Counted from the first letter of the stretch, positions 20,702-35,297 are shown. The stretch is DNA of 54,759 bases from Paraspadella gotoi (GCA_051294375.1 JBJCIZ010000030.1:1-54759), one strand, 5' to 3'. Numbers and translations are program-made. The notes: generated by a model from the letters alone, not told the origin.

Positions 20702-23700
20702 TGTAACCAGTAGACGCATTTGAATCCGACTGAGGCGATATACCACTGGTCTCTCTCTCTAAACCCTTCCTCTCTCCTCTTTCTCCGAGCCGGTCTATTC
20801 ACACGGTCACTTTGACCAAGCTTTGGCAATGACCTTAGATTGACCAGACTCAGTAATAGGGCCAAGGCGACCATGAGGTCAAGTTGGTCCGGGTGATGAT
20901 AAAAGTGGATCAAGAGAGAGCTCGTCTCACTTCTTTTCTACTTCTCTTACATCGTCACAATTCTTCACCTTCTCCTCACTTTTATTATTACTATTTTCGA
21001 CTTCTACATTGGTGAACCCGACTTAAGATAAGTAGCCTTATGATTTATACTAATACTGATCAATTGGTTTATGATCTGATTGATCAAGTAATTGATCAAT
21101 TATTTTATTAATCAATCAATTAATAGGCGGTTTAATTAGTGAAAAAGATTTACTCAGTTTCACAGCCTATTTCGCGATCAGTTTATTTTAGATTTTTGGC
21201 CCATTTTTCTTCAAGGAATTTTCTTCAAAAATTAAACAATTTTTGCAATTTCTATTTTTCTCAGTCTCGCGCGTCCCACATTTCGTTTTTCCAAAGTCCA
21301 GCATTTCATCTCGTCTACCATCGTCTACCTGGATTACCTCATCAAAGCTCAAGATTAATTCTTATTAGGCATTTTCAATGATTTCTCCTAAGCTCAATTT
21401 TGAATTTTTGAAATACGATACTAAGCCTAATCAATTTTTATCACATTTTTGAAGAATTTTGTATTTAGCTCTCAGTTTAAATAAACTTTTATTAAAATCT
21501 AACCTACGGTATTGTGAAAAATTGTCTCGCCAACGATTTTTTCATTTTACCACGCCGTTTAAGCAAGTTTTATGAGAAATTTTGCTAGCTCTATTGCTAT
21601 AGAACGATTACGCGAACATTTTTCTTTCAGACTTTTCCCTTCATTAGAAAGATTGAAAAATTTTGGACTCATCTGTACGGCGCCACCATCACCAGAGCAA
21701 GATGACGCTTTCAAGACACCACACGGCGACCAGATCAAAGTGAAATCTATCATCAAGCCCCCCCGATCCAACGTCGGCTCAATTGCAACTGCACAAGGAC
21801 CATCAAACAGGCTGATAACCACCTTCAACAACAGGATTTTAGGTCTAGAGGCAAAGCAGGAAAGTTTCAATGAGAGCGTAAAGGTATCTATAGAATACCT
21901 TAAATCACAACTTCAAAAACTCTTGGCAGCACAGCAGGCGCCACAGGCAATGCCAGAAAAATCCACCGGCAACCTCAGTAACAGATTATGCCAGTTCATG
22001 GTCAAAGCCACCCAGACAACGTCGACGTGGTGGGAGCCTCCCCACCAACACCCATGGATTATCAGGCGCAAAGCACCAACCGGTCCAAGACACCCAAGTT
22101 GCTGCCTTTTAATGTCGGCAACATTCGAGCCTGGCTCGCTGCAGTCGGGGGGAGTTTCCGCCTTGCTGCAGTCGTCGAGCAGCACAAAAAGATGCACCTT
22201 CTGGGTGCAGTCCCGCAGGAGCATCAGGTGTTGGTCAGAAGTTTTTATACTGATGACCACCCTGTCTCAGGCGGGTACCAAGCCCTGAAAAAGCAGCAAA
22301 CTGAGCTGTTCGCCAAAAAGCCTCGGCAAAAGGCACAAAAACTTCTTGGTCACCACTCCCTTGCAGGACGCACACCTTCGCAGTTGGTGGCCGCACTGCG
22401 CGCTGAGGTCAAATCCCTGGCGATAGACCATCTCCTCAATGCGATCCTGGCTGAGGTCCTCCCAGCCCATGTGGCCGGAAGGGTAGTCAGCGATGGGGAA
22501 GAGATGCATTTTACTCGGCCCAAGGTGATCTTCAAAACCAATTGGAAAAGTTGTCAATCATGTCGACACCTCCAATCGATGGGACATCTTCAAGGACGAC
22601 CTGTTTGACTCAGAGTGCGATGAGTACGTGCCCGACTTGGTGGATGACACATCCACCACAAAGGATGTACCTCCACGCAAGTACACCAACATGTGTGCCA
22701 CGAATTCCGGACGTGCCCAACTACGCCCCAGGACACAGGTCCACCCTGGCTACCAAAGGTCAACAACAACACAGCAGCGCCATTTCCCCAACAACAGCAG
22801 CACCACATTTGCCGACCAACTAACAACTACTTCAACTCCTCACCTGACCTGGTAAACGGACTCTGTTTCTATCTTGGACATTCAGAGACCAAGCAATCAA
22901 ATGCTACCTAGGATGCAAGCGGGGAAACGGCCAAGCGAGCAGCCAGAGGCAGTAAATGCCGCTAATGGTAGTATAGAACCCTTACTGCACGTGTACAACA
23001 ACAACAACAACATGGCTTGTGGACGGTAGTGCAAGCGTCACTTTGATGGCGCCGACCACAAGCTCGGCCTACTTGTAGATCTTGACGATTTTTTAACTAT
23101 TACAGACAAATCCTACCTGGACAGCCCTTTCAGAGTCAACACGGTCAATAACGCCTATTTCAAATTGATTGACGAACGGCCAGAACTCACTCAGCTCAGT
23201 TTTGACTCTTCAAAGACGAAGCATGGTGTAGAACACCATATTCCAACCGAGGGTCATTATAAGGAAGAGTCAGAGTGCTTGGGCATCACCACTACATGTG
23301 GTAAAAAATGCAGTCACAAAATACAACCGCTGCCCCATCATGTCGCAGGCAAAACAATTTTTTCAAAAGTAGACCTTTGTAAGGGCTACCATCAAGTACC
23401 TATAGCAGAGCAGGATATTTGCAAAACCGCCGTCATCACTCCTTTTGTCTCGTGGGAATTCCCGTTCACTCCATTTGACCTCAAGAATGCAGGTCCGGAT
23501 TTTCAAAGGATGATGGACAAAGCCCTCAAAGATGTACCACACATCTTTGTATATCTAGATGACATCCTGGTCGCCTCAAGCAATGAAGAAGAACACATGC
23601 AAGATCTCACATTACTGTTTGACACCCTGCAAGCGAATGGTTTAGTAGTTAACAGGGCAAAATGCGTATTGGGCATACCATCACTCGACTTTCTTGGTTA

Positions 23701-25600
23701 CCAGGTAGACGCAACAGGCGTCAGGCCATTGGACACAAAAGTCGAACATCAAGCAATTCCCCCAGCCAACATCAGAGGTTCAAAGATACTTGGGCATGCT
23801 CAACTACTACTGGCGTTTCATTCCACACATTGCCGAAGTCCTTACACCAACCCCCGAGTCCTTAAATGGACCGAGGAAATTACTCAAGCCTTCAACGAGT
23901 CTTCAACAAGAACCAGACCAAATGGCCACCTTTCGACCGGGAACTCCTTGCCGCACACCGCTCAGTCTCAGAAGGGCGCTACTTCGTTCTGTTTTCTGAC
24001 CAGAACAGCCTAATTCCCGCCATACGCAAGAAATCTGAGCCACATTCAATGCATCAAACATATCAATTATCTGCCATCTCCAAATACACAACAGACATCC
24101 GATACATTGAGGGCAAGGCCAACGTGGTAGCGGACACACTATCAAAAATCATCAGCCCAGCAAGCAGTGGCCCAGAACCTGAAGGATCATCAGGACATTC
24201 AGAAATGCCCTCGTTGGTTGTAACAGTCAACGCAGTTGGCCCCCAAGGCATTGATTTTGCCGCTTTAGCCGGTGACCAGAGTTCTGACGAGGAGATCTAG
24301 CGACTACTGGCAGACGCCCACACCAGCCTGCGATTCAAGATAGTTCGCCTGAACGATTTTGACATCATCTGCAATGTCAGTTCAGGCAGGGCGCGCCCCT
24401 TGGTTCCCACAACATGGTGCCATCGAGTCTATTATGCCACCCACAACCATTCTCATCCGAGCGTCAAATGCACAAAAAAGCTAGTAACAAAGAGATTTGT
24501 TTGGCCAAAAGCCGCGTCAGACGTGGCAAAATGGGCTAGCACAGCAAGGTACAAAGACACACCCAGGCTCCACTACAACCTTTTGAAGCACCATCGAGGC
24601 GTTTCGAACACGTTCACATTGACTTGGTGGGTCCCTTGCCCACCTCAGCCAAGCTATAGACTACAAGCTCAACACCACCACAGCTTACCACCCGCAGGCG
24701 AACTGGATGGTCGAACGGTTTCACCATACCATGAAGGCATCATTGAAAACGCGTTGTGATGCGTCCGGCGCAAACTGGTTTAATCAACTACCCTGGGTCT
24801 TATTAGGACTTGTATTCTTGCCTCAGCAAACCGGGTTTTTGTGCTCCGTGGCCAACAGGGTCACTCGCTAGCTACTCCCTACTTGGGCCCTTACAAAGTA
24901 GTCTCAAGAGATGACAAGACCTTCAGTGGACATCCCCGGCCGTGGACAAGAGAAGATCTCAATCGACAAGATTAAGCCAGCAACAACAGAACCAGATGTC
25001 CAACCAACACCTCCAGCAGCCCCAAGAAGAGGACAACCACCAGCAGCAACAGGCGAGTCATTTCCTAGGGGGGAAGGTCAAACAAATAATAGAACGAGTC
25101 AGCCCAGCGGCCGACTCCACTCATTCCCAACATTTATATCCTCAGGTGACCCAACCTCAACAGCAACGTCAACAAGAACCTCCACAGCAACAGCAACAAT
25201 GGCCACCACGACAACGATCCACTCAACAACCAACATGACTCCAACCTCAAAGACAAGCACGTGCAAGGCAATACCATCGTCTGGGTTCTGAAGTACTAGA
25301 TATATATTATATTAGATGTTTAAGATCTATCAGTCATTTGCAAGATCCGTGATTGCTAGATAACCGGTTATCAGCACTATCACCAGATCATCACCAGTTG
25401 GTCACTGTTACAATTAATCACAACTTGCCTAACAGCAAGTAATCATCAAAAACAAAATCATCAACAGCTGGTTATTTTCACGATTTAACCAAGCTTGCCT
25501 AACAGCAAGCAATCATCATAACACTTTGACCAAATCAATCATTTTTCCTATCTCCCTAATTCCTTTTTGTAAAATTTCTTCCCAAAATATTTTTTTGAGA
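20702..25600 (+). mobile_element. Degenerate CsRn1/Kabuki-type Ty3/Gypsy element (element 2); 3' LTR not found
   Basis: Candidate 5' LTR TGTAA...CTACA at 20702-21008. Trp-like PBS TGGTGAACCCGAC at 21010. Gag KLLPF...AW and LCFY...KC motifs. [10 protein letters not shown] and YLDD. RH DRELLA. INT remnant YHPQANWMVERFH. Many stops and deletions. Confidence 0.85.
21988..25000 (+). pseudogene. Decayed gag-pol of element 2
   Basis: Fragmented ORFs 21988-22608, 23165-24013, 23866-24300 and 24400-24759 carry gag, RT, RH and INT motifs. Confidence 0.85.
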
Positions 25601-28600
25601 AGAGATACAGTAACTTTTCTCTAGACTCCTAGTAGTTCAGGGCTCTCATAACTCTCGAAATATGGGCTAAAATTTCTTTATATTCGAGGATCAGATGCGG
25701 GAATAATTGCTTTATTGCCCACTTGACGGATTTTAAGAAATTTCAAAATTTTGCGCTCCAAGCCCTAAATTTTTTAAAAATTGTTGAAGCTATAAAATGA
25801 CGTAAAAAAAATTTAAAAATTATTTATATTTTTTATGTTATTTTGAAAAGTTGTAAAAAAGCTATGATACCATTGTTCCTTTAAAAATTTTGGATACAAA
25901 CAATTCTCTCTCTCGCGAGATTGTTGTAAGATTACTTTATCATTAAAAAAAATTTGTTTAACTAATGAAAATCTTTTTATAATTTGTAAAAAAAAAGGAA
26001 ATGCTAAATATATATATGTTTAAATCTGAATTGTCTCAGTACATCCAAAAGTAGAAGCTATACTGATTCTAAATATACTTTCACATTTAAAAAATATTTT
26101 TTACAACCAGAGATATTTATTTACGAAGTGACAAAAAATTATAAAAATCAACCTTTTTTTAAAGCTTAATAAAAACTGATGGAATGAATATTATTCAATG
26201 AAATTTTGCATTCGGGTGAGTTGCCTTGTGATTGTCTTTTTCTTGCTCTCGGGTTTTTATAATAATCAACCGGATCTGTGGGAAGGGTAGAATTTGCACG
26301 TTTTGGCTTCTCGTCTCTGATTGGTTGCGAGTCGGGGAGAACGACGGAGGTGAATGAGCGTCATTTCTTCTTTTTTTTTTAAGGCGAGTTTCTCGTCTTT
26401 TGTTTCGACAGAGGTGAGTGAGCGTCGTTTCTTTTTTTGAGGCGAGTTTCTCTTGTGGAACCGGTTTCTCGTAGCCTTTGTTTTCATCTCGTGAGCGTCA
26501 TTTCTCTCTTGCACTAGTTTGAGAGCCAATTTCTTTGAACATTATGATTCGAGTAGGAATGTAGAGAGTTTTTTTTTTTGTTAAGGATTAATAGAATAAT
26601 GTATCTAGTTTGTTCCTCTTTTATAATAAAGGTAATTTTGTATACTATTTATATATTTTTTTGTCTAAATTTTGTATGCTGGTTTTTGTTTACTAAGGGT
26701 AAGTACATCATTTTTGTTGAGTGGGGTTTGTCATTCGATCGAGTCTTCATTAGGCACGGGGTTAGGTTTTAGACGTCTGTGGTACCGCGACCTTTGACCA
26801 TTAATAATGATGACATAATGATTACCATCTTCCTGGACGACTTTAAGAGGGCCCGTGTAGATGCGCTTAACTTTATTTTTGGCAAGGGTTGCGCCTGTGG
26901 CTATGAGGTCTCGTCTTGCCAAGACCAGATCTTTGGTTTCCTATATGTATTTCGCCTAAAGCTCTGTCTAAAAAGGTTTTGTCTTTGCTCAGTTAGTTTT
27001 CTTTCGGCCTTTTCGCGTTTGTCTGCCCTGTGTCTTACGTATTCAATGAGTGATCTCCTTGTGCAGTCATCGGCATTCTCGACGATCCTTGTCCAGTGTC
27101 CGAATTGAATCTCGTGTGGGGACATGTCAGTTTTCCATCCAACAATGGGCGTAGCGTTTAGTAGTAACATTAGTTGTGGCAATAATTCGAGCCAGTTACT
27201 TGGCTGGTCTTCTATGGCTTTTCGTAATGCTTGCCTGATTCTCCCAATATCTCTTTCTGCTCTGTTACTGTTTTTTCTTCCTACTAAAATTTTTCGGCTG
27301 ACAGTGTCTAAGAGATTCAAAATGCATTTCATAGTTGAGCCATTGAGTTGGGTGGCGCCATCAAAATTAACTTCGAGGTAAGATCCGTGGTGGAGGAAAA
27401 TGTTCTCATCCAACGCTTTGATGACGCTGTCAGCGTCAGCGCATTTGAGTGGGATTGCCCATGTATACGCACAAGCGTTGTCAGAAGCAACGAGGGCATA
27501 TTTATAACCTGGTGCATTTGGGAGGTGCATCACGTCAATGCATAAAGATTCCCATGGTGAGATAGCGAGGTTTGATGTTGATGGCGTCTCATTGTTCTTT
27601 TGTTGGTCAGTTGCCATTGCGCAATTTTTACAATTTCTGACCACTTTTGCCGCTGCAGTTGTCAGTCCTGGCGCTGAGATATACTGGGCTGTGATGAAGG
27701 CTGTTCTGTCTCGTCCAGGGTGTCCGAAGTGCTCGTGTAGACTTTTTCGGGAGGGATTACGAATCTGTGTGTGGCGTGTCGCCTTTGAATCCTTTGATGA
27801 TGATGTCGTCCGGGGTGACGTCAAGGTCGTCAAGACAGTTGGAGAGATACTTTTCGGCGGCATTTTTTCCTTTTTCTCTCTTTTTGCCGAGAAGGTTATT
27901 TGTCTTTTCCCTGTTCCCTTTTTTATTTCGTTTATTACATCTCTGAAGGATTCATTTGCTTGGGATTAATGAGAAAACTTTTTTGTGTGGGTTTTTTATT
28001 TCCTCCTCGATCTCTTGTAGAGTTACGTCAATGTTTGCTTCCATGGCGCTGTCGATAACGGCTTCCTCTTCTGCTCCCTGCCAGTTGATAAGAAATCTTT
28101 CAATTATCTCATTGTGAGAGTGATTTTCGACTGGTACATGGATTGTTGTGACGTTTTCAAAGTTTATGAATAATAAATCATTTGGCGCTTCATTGATGGG
28201 TCTTGTTTCTGTTGGTCTTGGATATTAATATTTAGTAAGTCGTTTGGGGCTTCGCTGATGTGCCTTGTCTCTGTTCTTTCTTTCCTTGGTCTTCCTTTGT
28301 TTTTGGGGAGTTTTAAACTTGTTAACTCAATAACCTTTAAATCATGTTTGATTGGGCGCAATTGATTTGCTCTGTCTGAGTCGCCAACCAGACTCACTTG
28401 TCCGGTAATGGCTCTGAAAATTTTTATCGTTCGATCGGCTTGTTTTGTTTGGTAGTGGCGTTCGTATTTGCAACCCGTTTGGCTTATATTATCCTCGTCG
28501 AGCATGACAATGTTTATGCCGGTCATTTCGGCTAACATTTCGAGTTCTGGATGGCCGAGAGTCCAGTCTTTGGCTGATATTGTGCGGACAAAGTTGTCCG

Positions 28601-30634
28601 CGTCCTTCGTTTTGGTTTTTCCATACAACTTCTCCATATTTTCTTTTTTTTCGAAGCTTTCTCTTGTGAGCTCAAAGAACTTTGTCCTGAAGGCTTTAGT
28701 CTCTTGTCCAGAGTTTGCTGTTTGAGATACTGAAACCGAGAATTTTAATGTCCTCCTTTCGTAGTATGATGCTTTTTGTCCACTTGAAGACTACGTTCTC
28801 ATCTCTGCATCTTTGTAGCAATTCATGGAGTCTTTGGCCATATCTTCTGCCGATTTAGCCGTGAGGATCAAATCATCGACGTAAACTAGAAAACTTTTTA
28901 CGTCTCTCCCAAGATCAGAGAAAATTTCATCTAAGATGGCTTGTAGAACATTTACACTGTTTACGCCTCCCATTGGGAGCTTGTTCATCCACCAATTATG
29001 TCCGGCTCCGGCAAAGGTGGTGACGCATTTACACCTTTCGGTTAGGTTTACTTGGTGGAAACAAGCCAAGATTTCAAGTGAACATTGGAGCTCATGGGGC
29101 TTGTATTGTTCGAGGATCGACGTTATCGTTTATGGCTCTGTTGCGTAGGTGGAAATTTATCATTCACTGCGGAGAGATCGCATATTAATCTCCATTGTTT
29201 TGCAAACAGTTCGTCAGACATCTCTTCTTGTCCTTCCGCAATATGACCTGGTTTGTTTATTAAAAATGAGTTCGAGTAAGCTTCATTTTTTGTTCTTGAA
29301 ACGATCCCGGCGTTTTCGTAGACCTCGAGGTATTATTTCAAAGCTGCCTTCTTTACCGGTCCTTGGTTCACAAAACGTGGTTTAGGAAGATCCTCCTAAG
29401 TGAACCCAAGATCAACTTTGTAATTTAGGAAACCCTCTTTACAATCGTTTATGCTTTCACCAAAAACATCCCTGTATTCCCAGACTATCTCCCATACTAG
29501 TGGGGCTTTTTTAGCTAGGGAGGGATCGCCGTCTTTAAAGGGTTTCAAAAACTTTTCTTTCCCTCTTGCATCATGCTTTTCTTTTCTGGCTTGGCTAGCT
29601 TTTCTTACGGCTTCCCGTTCTTCCTCTGTTGGGTTATGGTGGACGATCGTTGTTGGCGGGATGTTTTCTTTTCTGACTTTTCTTAAGTGTGGTTTCTTTT
29701 TACTGAGATCGGCCTGGACAGGTTCGACGGTGTTTTCCGTTTCAAGATTTTGCCTCAGTTGTTATGAGGGGGAGGGCATGTCCCCATTTCCCTGGGTTGG
29801 CCTTCATCTCGATCCCGTCTCTAAGGTCGTCTCCATTTACTATGTGGATGTTTTCGCCATTTAACGATTGGCTAATGTTATCCAATAAGTCCGATCTGCA
29901 GTTAATTTCGTTTTTCCGTCTTTTTCTTTCTCTACATGAAGTGGAAGCTCGATTTTCTTATCGATGCTTCTTCTTGCCATCCACCTGGCGGCCTTAAGGG
30001 CTTCATGTTTATCCTGGAAAAGATGGGTGATGGGTTTACCATCCATGGATGCCATCTGTAGATCATTTCTTGCTTTTGATGGTTGTACTACCCACATTTG
30101 GTTGGGTGGCCCTGGGTTGGTAATTGCTGTGCCGATGATAATGCCCTGGTCGTTTTTGTCGGCTGAAATGTAGAAAACAGTTTTTAAAAACCAGGTTTGA
30201 AACATTATCCTGATGTTTATCATCTCGGTTAAAACTATGGTTCCGGTTGCTGTTGAGAGTCTTAACGGTTTTCCGAGGTAAATTTGGGTAGCTAGTCCCC
30301 ATTTTTCAACAAATTTTCTGGGGATGGTATTTATTGAAGCCCCGGTGTCGTATAAGCAACTAGCCGGGGCGCCAATGATGACAACCGGGATATAGCTGTT
30401 TTTCCCGGCGTCATCGCGTGGTGCCGGTCCCTTGATTTCGGTAATCAATCTTGTATTCACTTTCTCTGGAAGGGGGGGTAGCTCTTTCTCATCTGTTGAT
30501 GTTTCGACGCTCGGTTGTGGAGGCAAGAAATTTTCTGATTCATGAATTTCTGTCTCTATCTGCCTGATAGTGGCTTGGTGTAAGTATTCTCCGTTGAACT
30601 CTCCTTTGATGATGTCGTAAGTTGGGTTGTTCAA

Positions 30635-31238
30635 TAAGGCGTAGTAAAATTTCTAAATCTAACTTTAATTAAAATTCTAAAAGTGAGGAACGAACAACAT
30701 TATTCTAATGAACATTTATATAATAAAAAAATTTATAATAAATTTTACAATTTACACAATAAGCCATATTTATACTAGTACTAAACCAATAAATGTTAAA
30801 ATTTCAAAACGGTGTTTTCTAAGATTTTTTTGCAGATTTGGATTCGTCATAAAAAGTTGATAAAAAGAAATATAACTCTTTTTAAAAAATTCCTTCATTA
30901 AGTGGGTCAAAAATTAGAAAAAGCTATATTTTAAGTTGAAAATTAACTTTTTATGTATTAAATATAGTTTTTTTAATTTTTAACCCACTTAATGAAAGAA
31001 TTTTTAAAAATGATTTATATTTTCTTTTATCAACTTTTGACGAGGAATTCAATCAAAATTTAGAAAAGCCTATTTTGAAATTTTTCGATTTTATAAGGAT
31101 AGTACTATATATAAATATAGTCTACTGCGAAAATTAAAAAACATAAAATTAATTTTTTTTACAAATTATTGTTTACTGATGGTATGTTGTTCATAATTGA
31201 CTTTTAGAATTTTCGTATGTAACTTTCACTACGCCTTA
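30635..31238. mobile_element. hAT-like MITE inserted in element 3
   Basis: Perfect 11-bp TIR TAAGGCGTAGT / ACTACGCCTTA. 8-bp TSD TTGTTCAA at 30627-30634 and 31239-31246. Fold-back interior. Confidence 0.9.
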
Positions 31239-32168
31239 TTGTTCAATCCACCTGTAGGTTTTAATCTCCTGAGTCCAAGTCGTTCATTTCACCTCTTGGG
31301 ATTTGGCCTATTTGTTTGAGGGATGACGTTGTTTTCCGCCTCCTTCCGTTCCGCCCTTCTAACGAGTTTTGCCCAAGCTTTGGACCTCTTCATTTTGGCT
31401 TTCTTTTCGGCTTCATTGGATTCATTCCAATTTTTCCATCCCATGTGATGAATTAATTTATTTATCACTACTAATTTGTCCCGCGTTGATGTATTAAGTA
31501 ACTTATGCATTCTTGCAGAGGTAGATTTTCCTCTAAAGTTATTTGCAATCTCTGCCAAGCTTTTTACCTTGGTAACATCATTTCTGTTTTCGATATTTGC
31601 TTCCTTCGAGTTTATTTTCTCGCCTAGCGTTTGGTAAGCTTGCTTTAGGTATTGATTTTTGACTATAGTTCTTTTCTTTTGATCAATGACAATAGGGTAG
31701 TATAATTTTTCTTCATTTACAGTAAACGAGTCATCATCAGCGGAATCATTTTCCAATTATTCATTAACATAAACTAGGTCTCATCTTTTTCCAAATCTTG
31801 AGAATATTTTTCCTTTCTTGTCATCGTTTTGCCAACTTCTGCTTCCTTTCTCGTTTCTCCAAGCTCCTTTTGATGAAAATCCTTTATCAAATTTTTTTCC
31901 TTCGTGACGGCGGTCATCCTGGCGGCGATCGTCGTAGCCCTGGTTGTCCTGGCGGCGATTGTCGTAACGACGGTCATTGCAGCGTTGTTTGCCGCGTTCG
32001 TCGTTGAATCGAGTAGGTTTGCCGATCTGGCGCCTTATCTCCTTGATGGATTCGTTGACGTTGTTCAATTCTTGGAGCATGGTTCCCTGGTAAAATGCTG
32101 TTGCACTCGCCGTGGGATTCTGGTCGGTGAGACCCTTTGAGACAAGAGCACTGACAAGCTTCTCCTTG

Positions 32169-32548
32169 TGAAGAGAAATTCGCCTCGTGATCCGTGAACT
32201 TTTTATTGGTCATTTCTCTCTCTCCCTCTTTCGTGATTTTGGCCGATATTCGGCAACTATACGTTTCTTTATCAATTTTTGTGACCGGCTTGTTCAGTCG
32301 TACGTGAAACCACTTGAAGAAACGTCGCTCGTTATTAAACATTGTTTTTACAAGTCTTTGACTTTTGCTACTATTTATGTCACGTCTGCTACGCCTTGTG
32401 TCATGAAGAAAATACAAGTTTTACAGTTTTTGAACGCGTCTTATCGATTTCTTAAGAAATAGTCAAGACTCTCGTCAAAACCCCTTTCTCGATGAGCGAC
32501 ATCCTTGAACAAGGTCCGCAAAGCGTGGAGACTCAAAACGTCTCTACA
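32169..32548. mobile_element. Solo LTR inserted in gag of element 3
   Basis: Termini TGAAGAGA...TCTCTACA with 5-bp TSD CCTTG. Removing it restores EDKEKLV, matching element 1. Confidence 0.85.
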
Positions 32549-33189
32549 CCTTGTCTTCTCCGGAGACCATGCTAACGGTTTTCCTTGCCCTTTCGGGTTC
32601 GGCGCCGCTGGTTAAATAACCTTTAAGTCTATATTCAATTTCTCGTCTGAGTTTGAGAAGTTGTTGGCGTTCCAGTAGATACGTCCATTCCAGGGTTTTT
32701 GTAGTTATGCCATGCATATAAGGTTCCAAAGCTTTAACAAGAAGCTGAGCGGCATAATCCGGGATTGATGGTTTATCTTTTTCACGGACGTTTTCATATT
32801 TTTCGAGGGCTTCATTGACGAGCGCAACCCCATATCTGGAGCAGATTGACGGATCGACAGAGTGTCGCCAATTTGTCTGCTTCAGCAATTTACAAGATGC
32901 CTCGAAAATGGCTCATAGTCCGAGCCAGGGGCTGTTGTTGATCTCGATGGTGAACCTTGTTGCTTCTTTGTCTTGGACGAGAATGGCTCAAAGTTGTTCG
33001 TCGATTTTGAATGGTGACGCCGTTTAATTTTTATAGGCTTGGTAAAAGTTTCTGAGATATGGTTCAGGGGTCTCGTTCTTTGCCCTTTTTTCCAATTTAA
33101 TTGGGCGTTCAGAGGGGTTGTAGCCCGGCGGTTTGCTGACGTCGCCTTCTGATCTGCCGGCGTCGGGGGCCTTGACCCTGACCACGAGA

Positions 33190-33791
33190 GTGATGTGAAA
33201 ATGATAAAATTTTAGAAAATTAAAATTTAGCATATAAAACATGAACATAAAAACCATTAAAAATACTTTGGTAAATTTATTTTTTAATTTTATACATTAG
33301 TGGGCACCAGTGAGCTATATTTATATATAGTAATAAGTATATAATAGGCTAAAATTTTAAAATACAATTTTTTTAATTTTAAGATCGGATTTGGATTCCT
33401 TACAAAGAGTTGTTAAAAGAAAGTATAATTCTTTTTTAAAAATTTTTTTATTAAGTTAGTCAAAAATGTAAAAAACTATATTTAAGACACCGATTTTCAA
33501 TTTCCAGCTTAAAAATATAGTTTTTTGTAATCTTAACCTACTTAATGACATAATTTTTGAAAAAGATTTATATTTTCTTTTATCAACTTTTAACGAGGAA
33601 TCTGAATCTGTTCACAGAATTAAAAAAACATTTTGAAATTTTGACATGATATAAGGGTAGTACTATATACAAAATAAGCTGACTGGGCTACTATATTTGT
33701 AAAAAAAGAAAAATAACTATAGATTAGTATTCACTAATATGATAGTTTTCAAGATATAATTGCTAAATTTCAATACCTAACTTTCACTTCA
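33190..33791. mobile_element. Degenerate MITE related to 30635-31238, inserted in gag of element 3
   Basis: AT-rich fold-back insert sharing GATTTGGATTC...AAAGAAA blocks and the AACTTTCACT end. TSD not recognisable. Confidence 0.6.
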
Positions 33792-34369
33792 AGGAAGTTG
33801 CGTTGTACGGGCATCGCGACATGTGTGGCGCTAGTTAGTGTGGGGTAGATCAATGCTGGCGGCGGGGGCGTCCCTTCCGCTTTGATGTGCAGCTTGGCGA
33901 GGATGGCGTTCAATTTTGGCGTCACTTCGGACATGTGACAGTCCATGGATTTTACTTTGTGATCCATGGCCTGCATTTCTTTCGCGAGGGCGTCGATTTT
34001 ATTTTTATTTTCGATGTTCGCGTCATTGACAATTTGCATCATCTGTTTTGCGATTACTCCTTCCTTTGTGGTAAGTCTGCAGTGCTTGGCCAGTTCTTGT
34101 GGCATGTTGAAAGTGCGGATCAAATCATCTTCTTCGGCACTGCTACTGTCATCGTCGTTTAAGAGTTTTGGCTTCGTTTTGTTTGGGTCCCGCCAATCCA
34201 TCCAGTTGCCCTTGGGTGCCGGGATGGGACCGGATGGGTGGTATATTTTTCCCGGCGGGGGCGGAATCGGAGGTGGAGGGTACAGAGTCAATTTGGGGTG
34301 GCGTGGTCGTTGTTGTTGGCTTCGGCTTCTCGGAGGAGTGGTGAGTCTTGCCCAGAAGTCCTGTCACCA

Positions 34370-34716
34370 CATTGAAGGAAAAACTCATGGATTTCTAAGA
34401 CGAAATCGAACGTGATTTATTCTGAGAATAATAACAATAACGGTGAGACACACGCAGAAGTCCAGATCAATTCTACTGAAACTAAGGAAAGCTAGGTCTA
34501 TTTATTTCTAGAGAAGAGGATCAAAGGCAAGGGGTATCTTAACAATTCTGTTGTTTCTGCAAGCTGGTTGGTCGATGCCATTCTCTCCTCAACCAATCAC
34601 GATCTGATAATCCGAAATCTGCGGATTTTCTCCTCCGATCCTCCGATCCTGTTTTGATTTCGGTTCTGGTTTATATTTAATATCTCTCATTTGGTGAGGT
34701 TGAGTCTCCTGCGATG
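34370..34716 (-). repeat. 5' LTR of element 3
   Basis: Abuts the PBS and has the same CAT...ATG termini as element 1. The outer boundary is inferred from the shared CGATG end because there is no partner LTR. Confidence 0.7.
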
Positions 34717-34787
34717 ATAGTAACATTTAAAATTTTTACCACGCTTTACGAGCAATTACCACTAGCCAGGCTATTCCTAATTCTAAC

Positions 34788-35218
34788 CTCTGGGTAGCAT
34801 TTTCCATCAAGTTCTTCCATTGGTTCTCAAATTTTTCAAAATTAAGGAGATTGTCAACAAGAGTAACGGCGTCCGACTCTAAGGCGCGCCCATCGTATAA
34901 TCGCCTTGTTGCGAGAGCTGCTTCAGTCAGGGACGGTCGTAAAAAGGCGGAGACATAGTCCTCCGCCTCCAAAGCTGATGCCAATTTTTTGAAAACATGG
35001 AAGCGTTTTGCAAGTGGTAGTTTCCCTGTCACCAAAGCTTGCGAGGCGGCTTCGCCGAGAAGGTGTCGTATCGTCGTCAAGTTTATTGTCAAAAGAAATT
35101 CATCAACATTAGAGTCAGAAATAAAAGGCGGAAGCCAAAGTGTGAGGTTTAATTTGTAAAAACGCTGAAACAATGCAATTGCTTCTGCTGAGATAAAATT
35201 TGGTGAAGCTCGCTCCAT
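34788..35218 (-). CDS. PROM: Prominin, middle exon (second extracellular loop)
   Basis: Pyrimidine-rich acceptor TTTTAG|ATG (phase 0) and donor AG|GTTAGA (phase 2). Open helical-looking frame that joins exons 1 and 3 in frame. Confidence 0.7.
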
Positions 35219-35297
35219 CTAAAACGAAAGTAAAGGCTTTTAAGTTTATATGAGGAAGGGTAATTTAGAAAGGATGAAAATTCCTAAACTAAGGCAG

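Larger units (their letters stand above)
26220..34716 (-). mobile_element. Decayed, 3'-truncated relative of element 1 (element 3)
   Basis: 5' LTR 34370-34716 (CATCG...CAATG) and PBS TGGTGACAGGACT. Protein fragments resemble element 1: CLYDTGAS, KLPMGGVNSVNVLQ, YVDD, HFGHPGRDRT, NFDGATQLNG. RT-thumb/RNase H region deleted near 28720. No env or 3' LTR remains. Confidence 0.9.
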
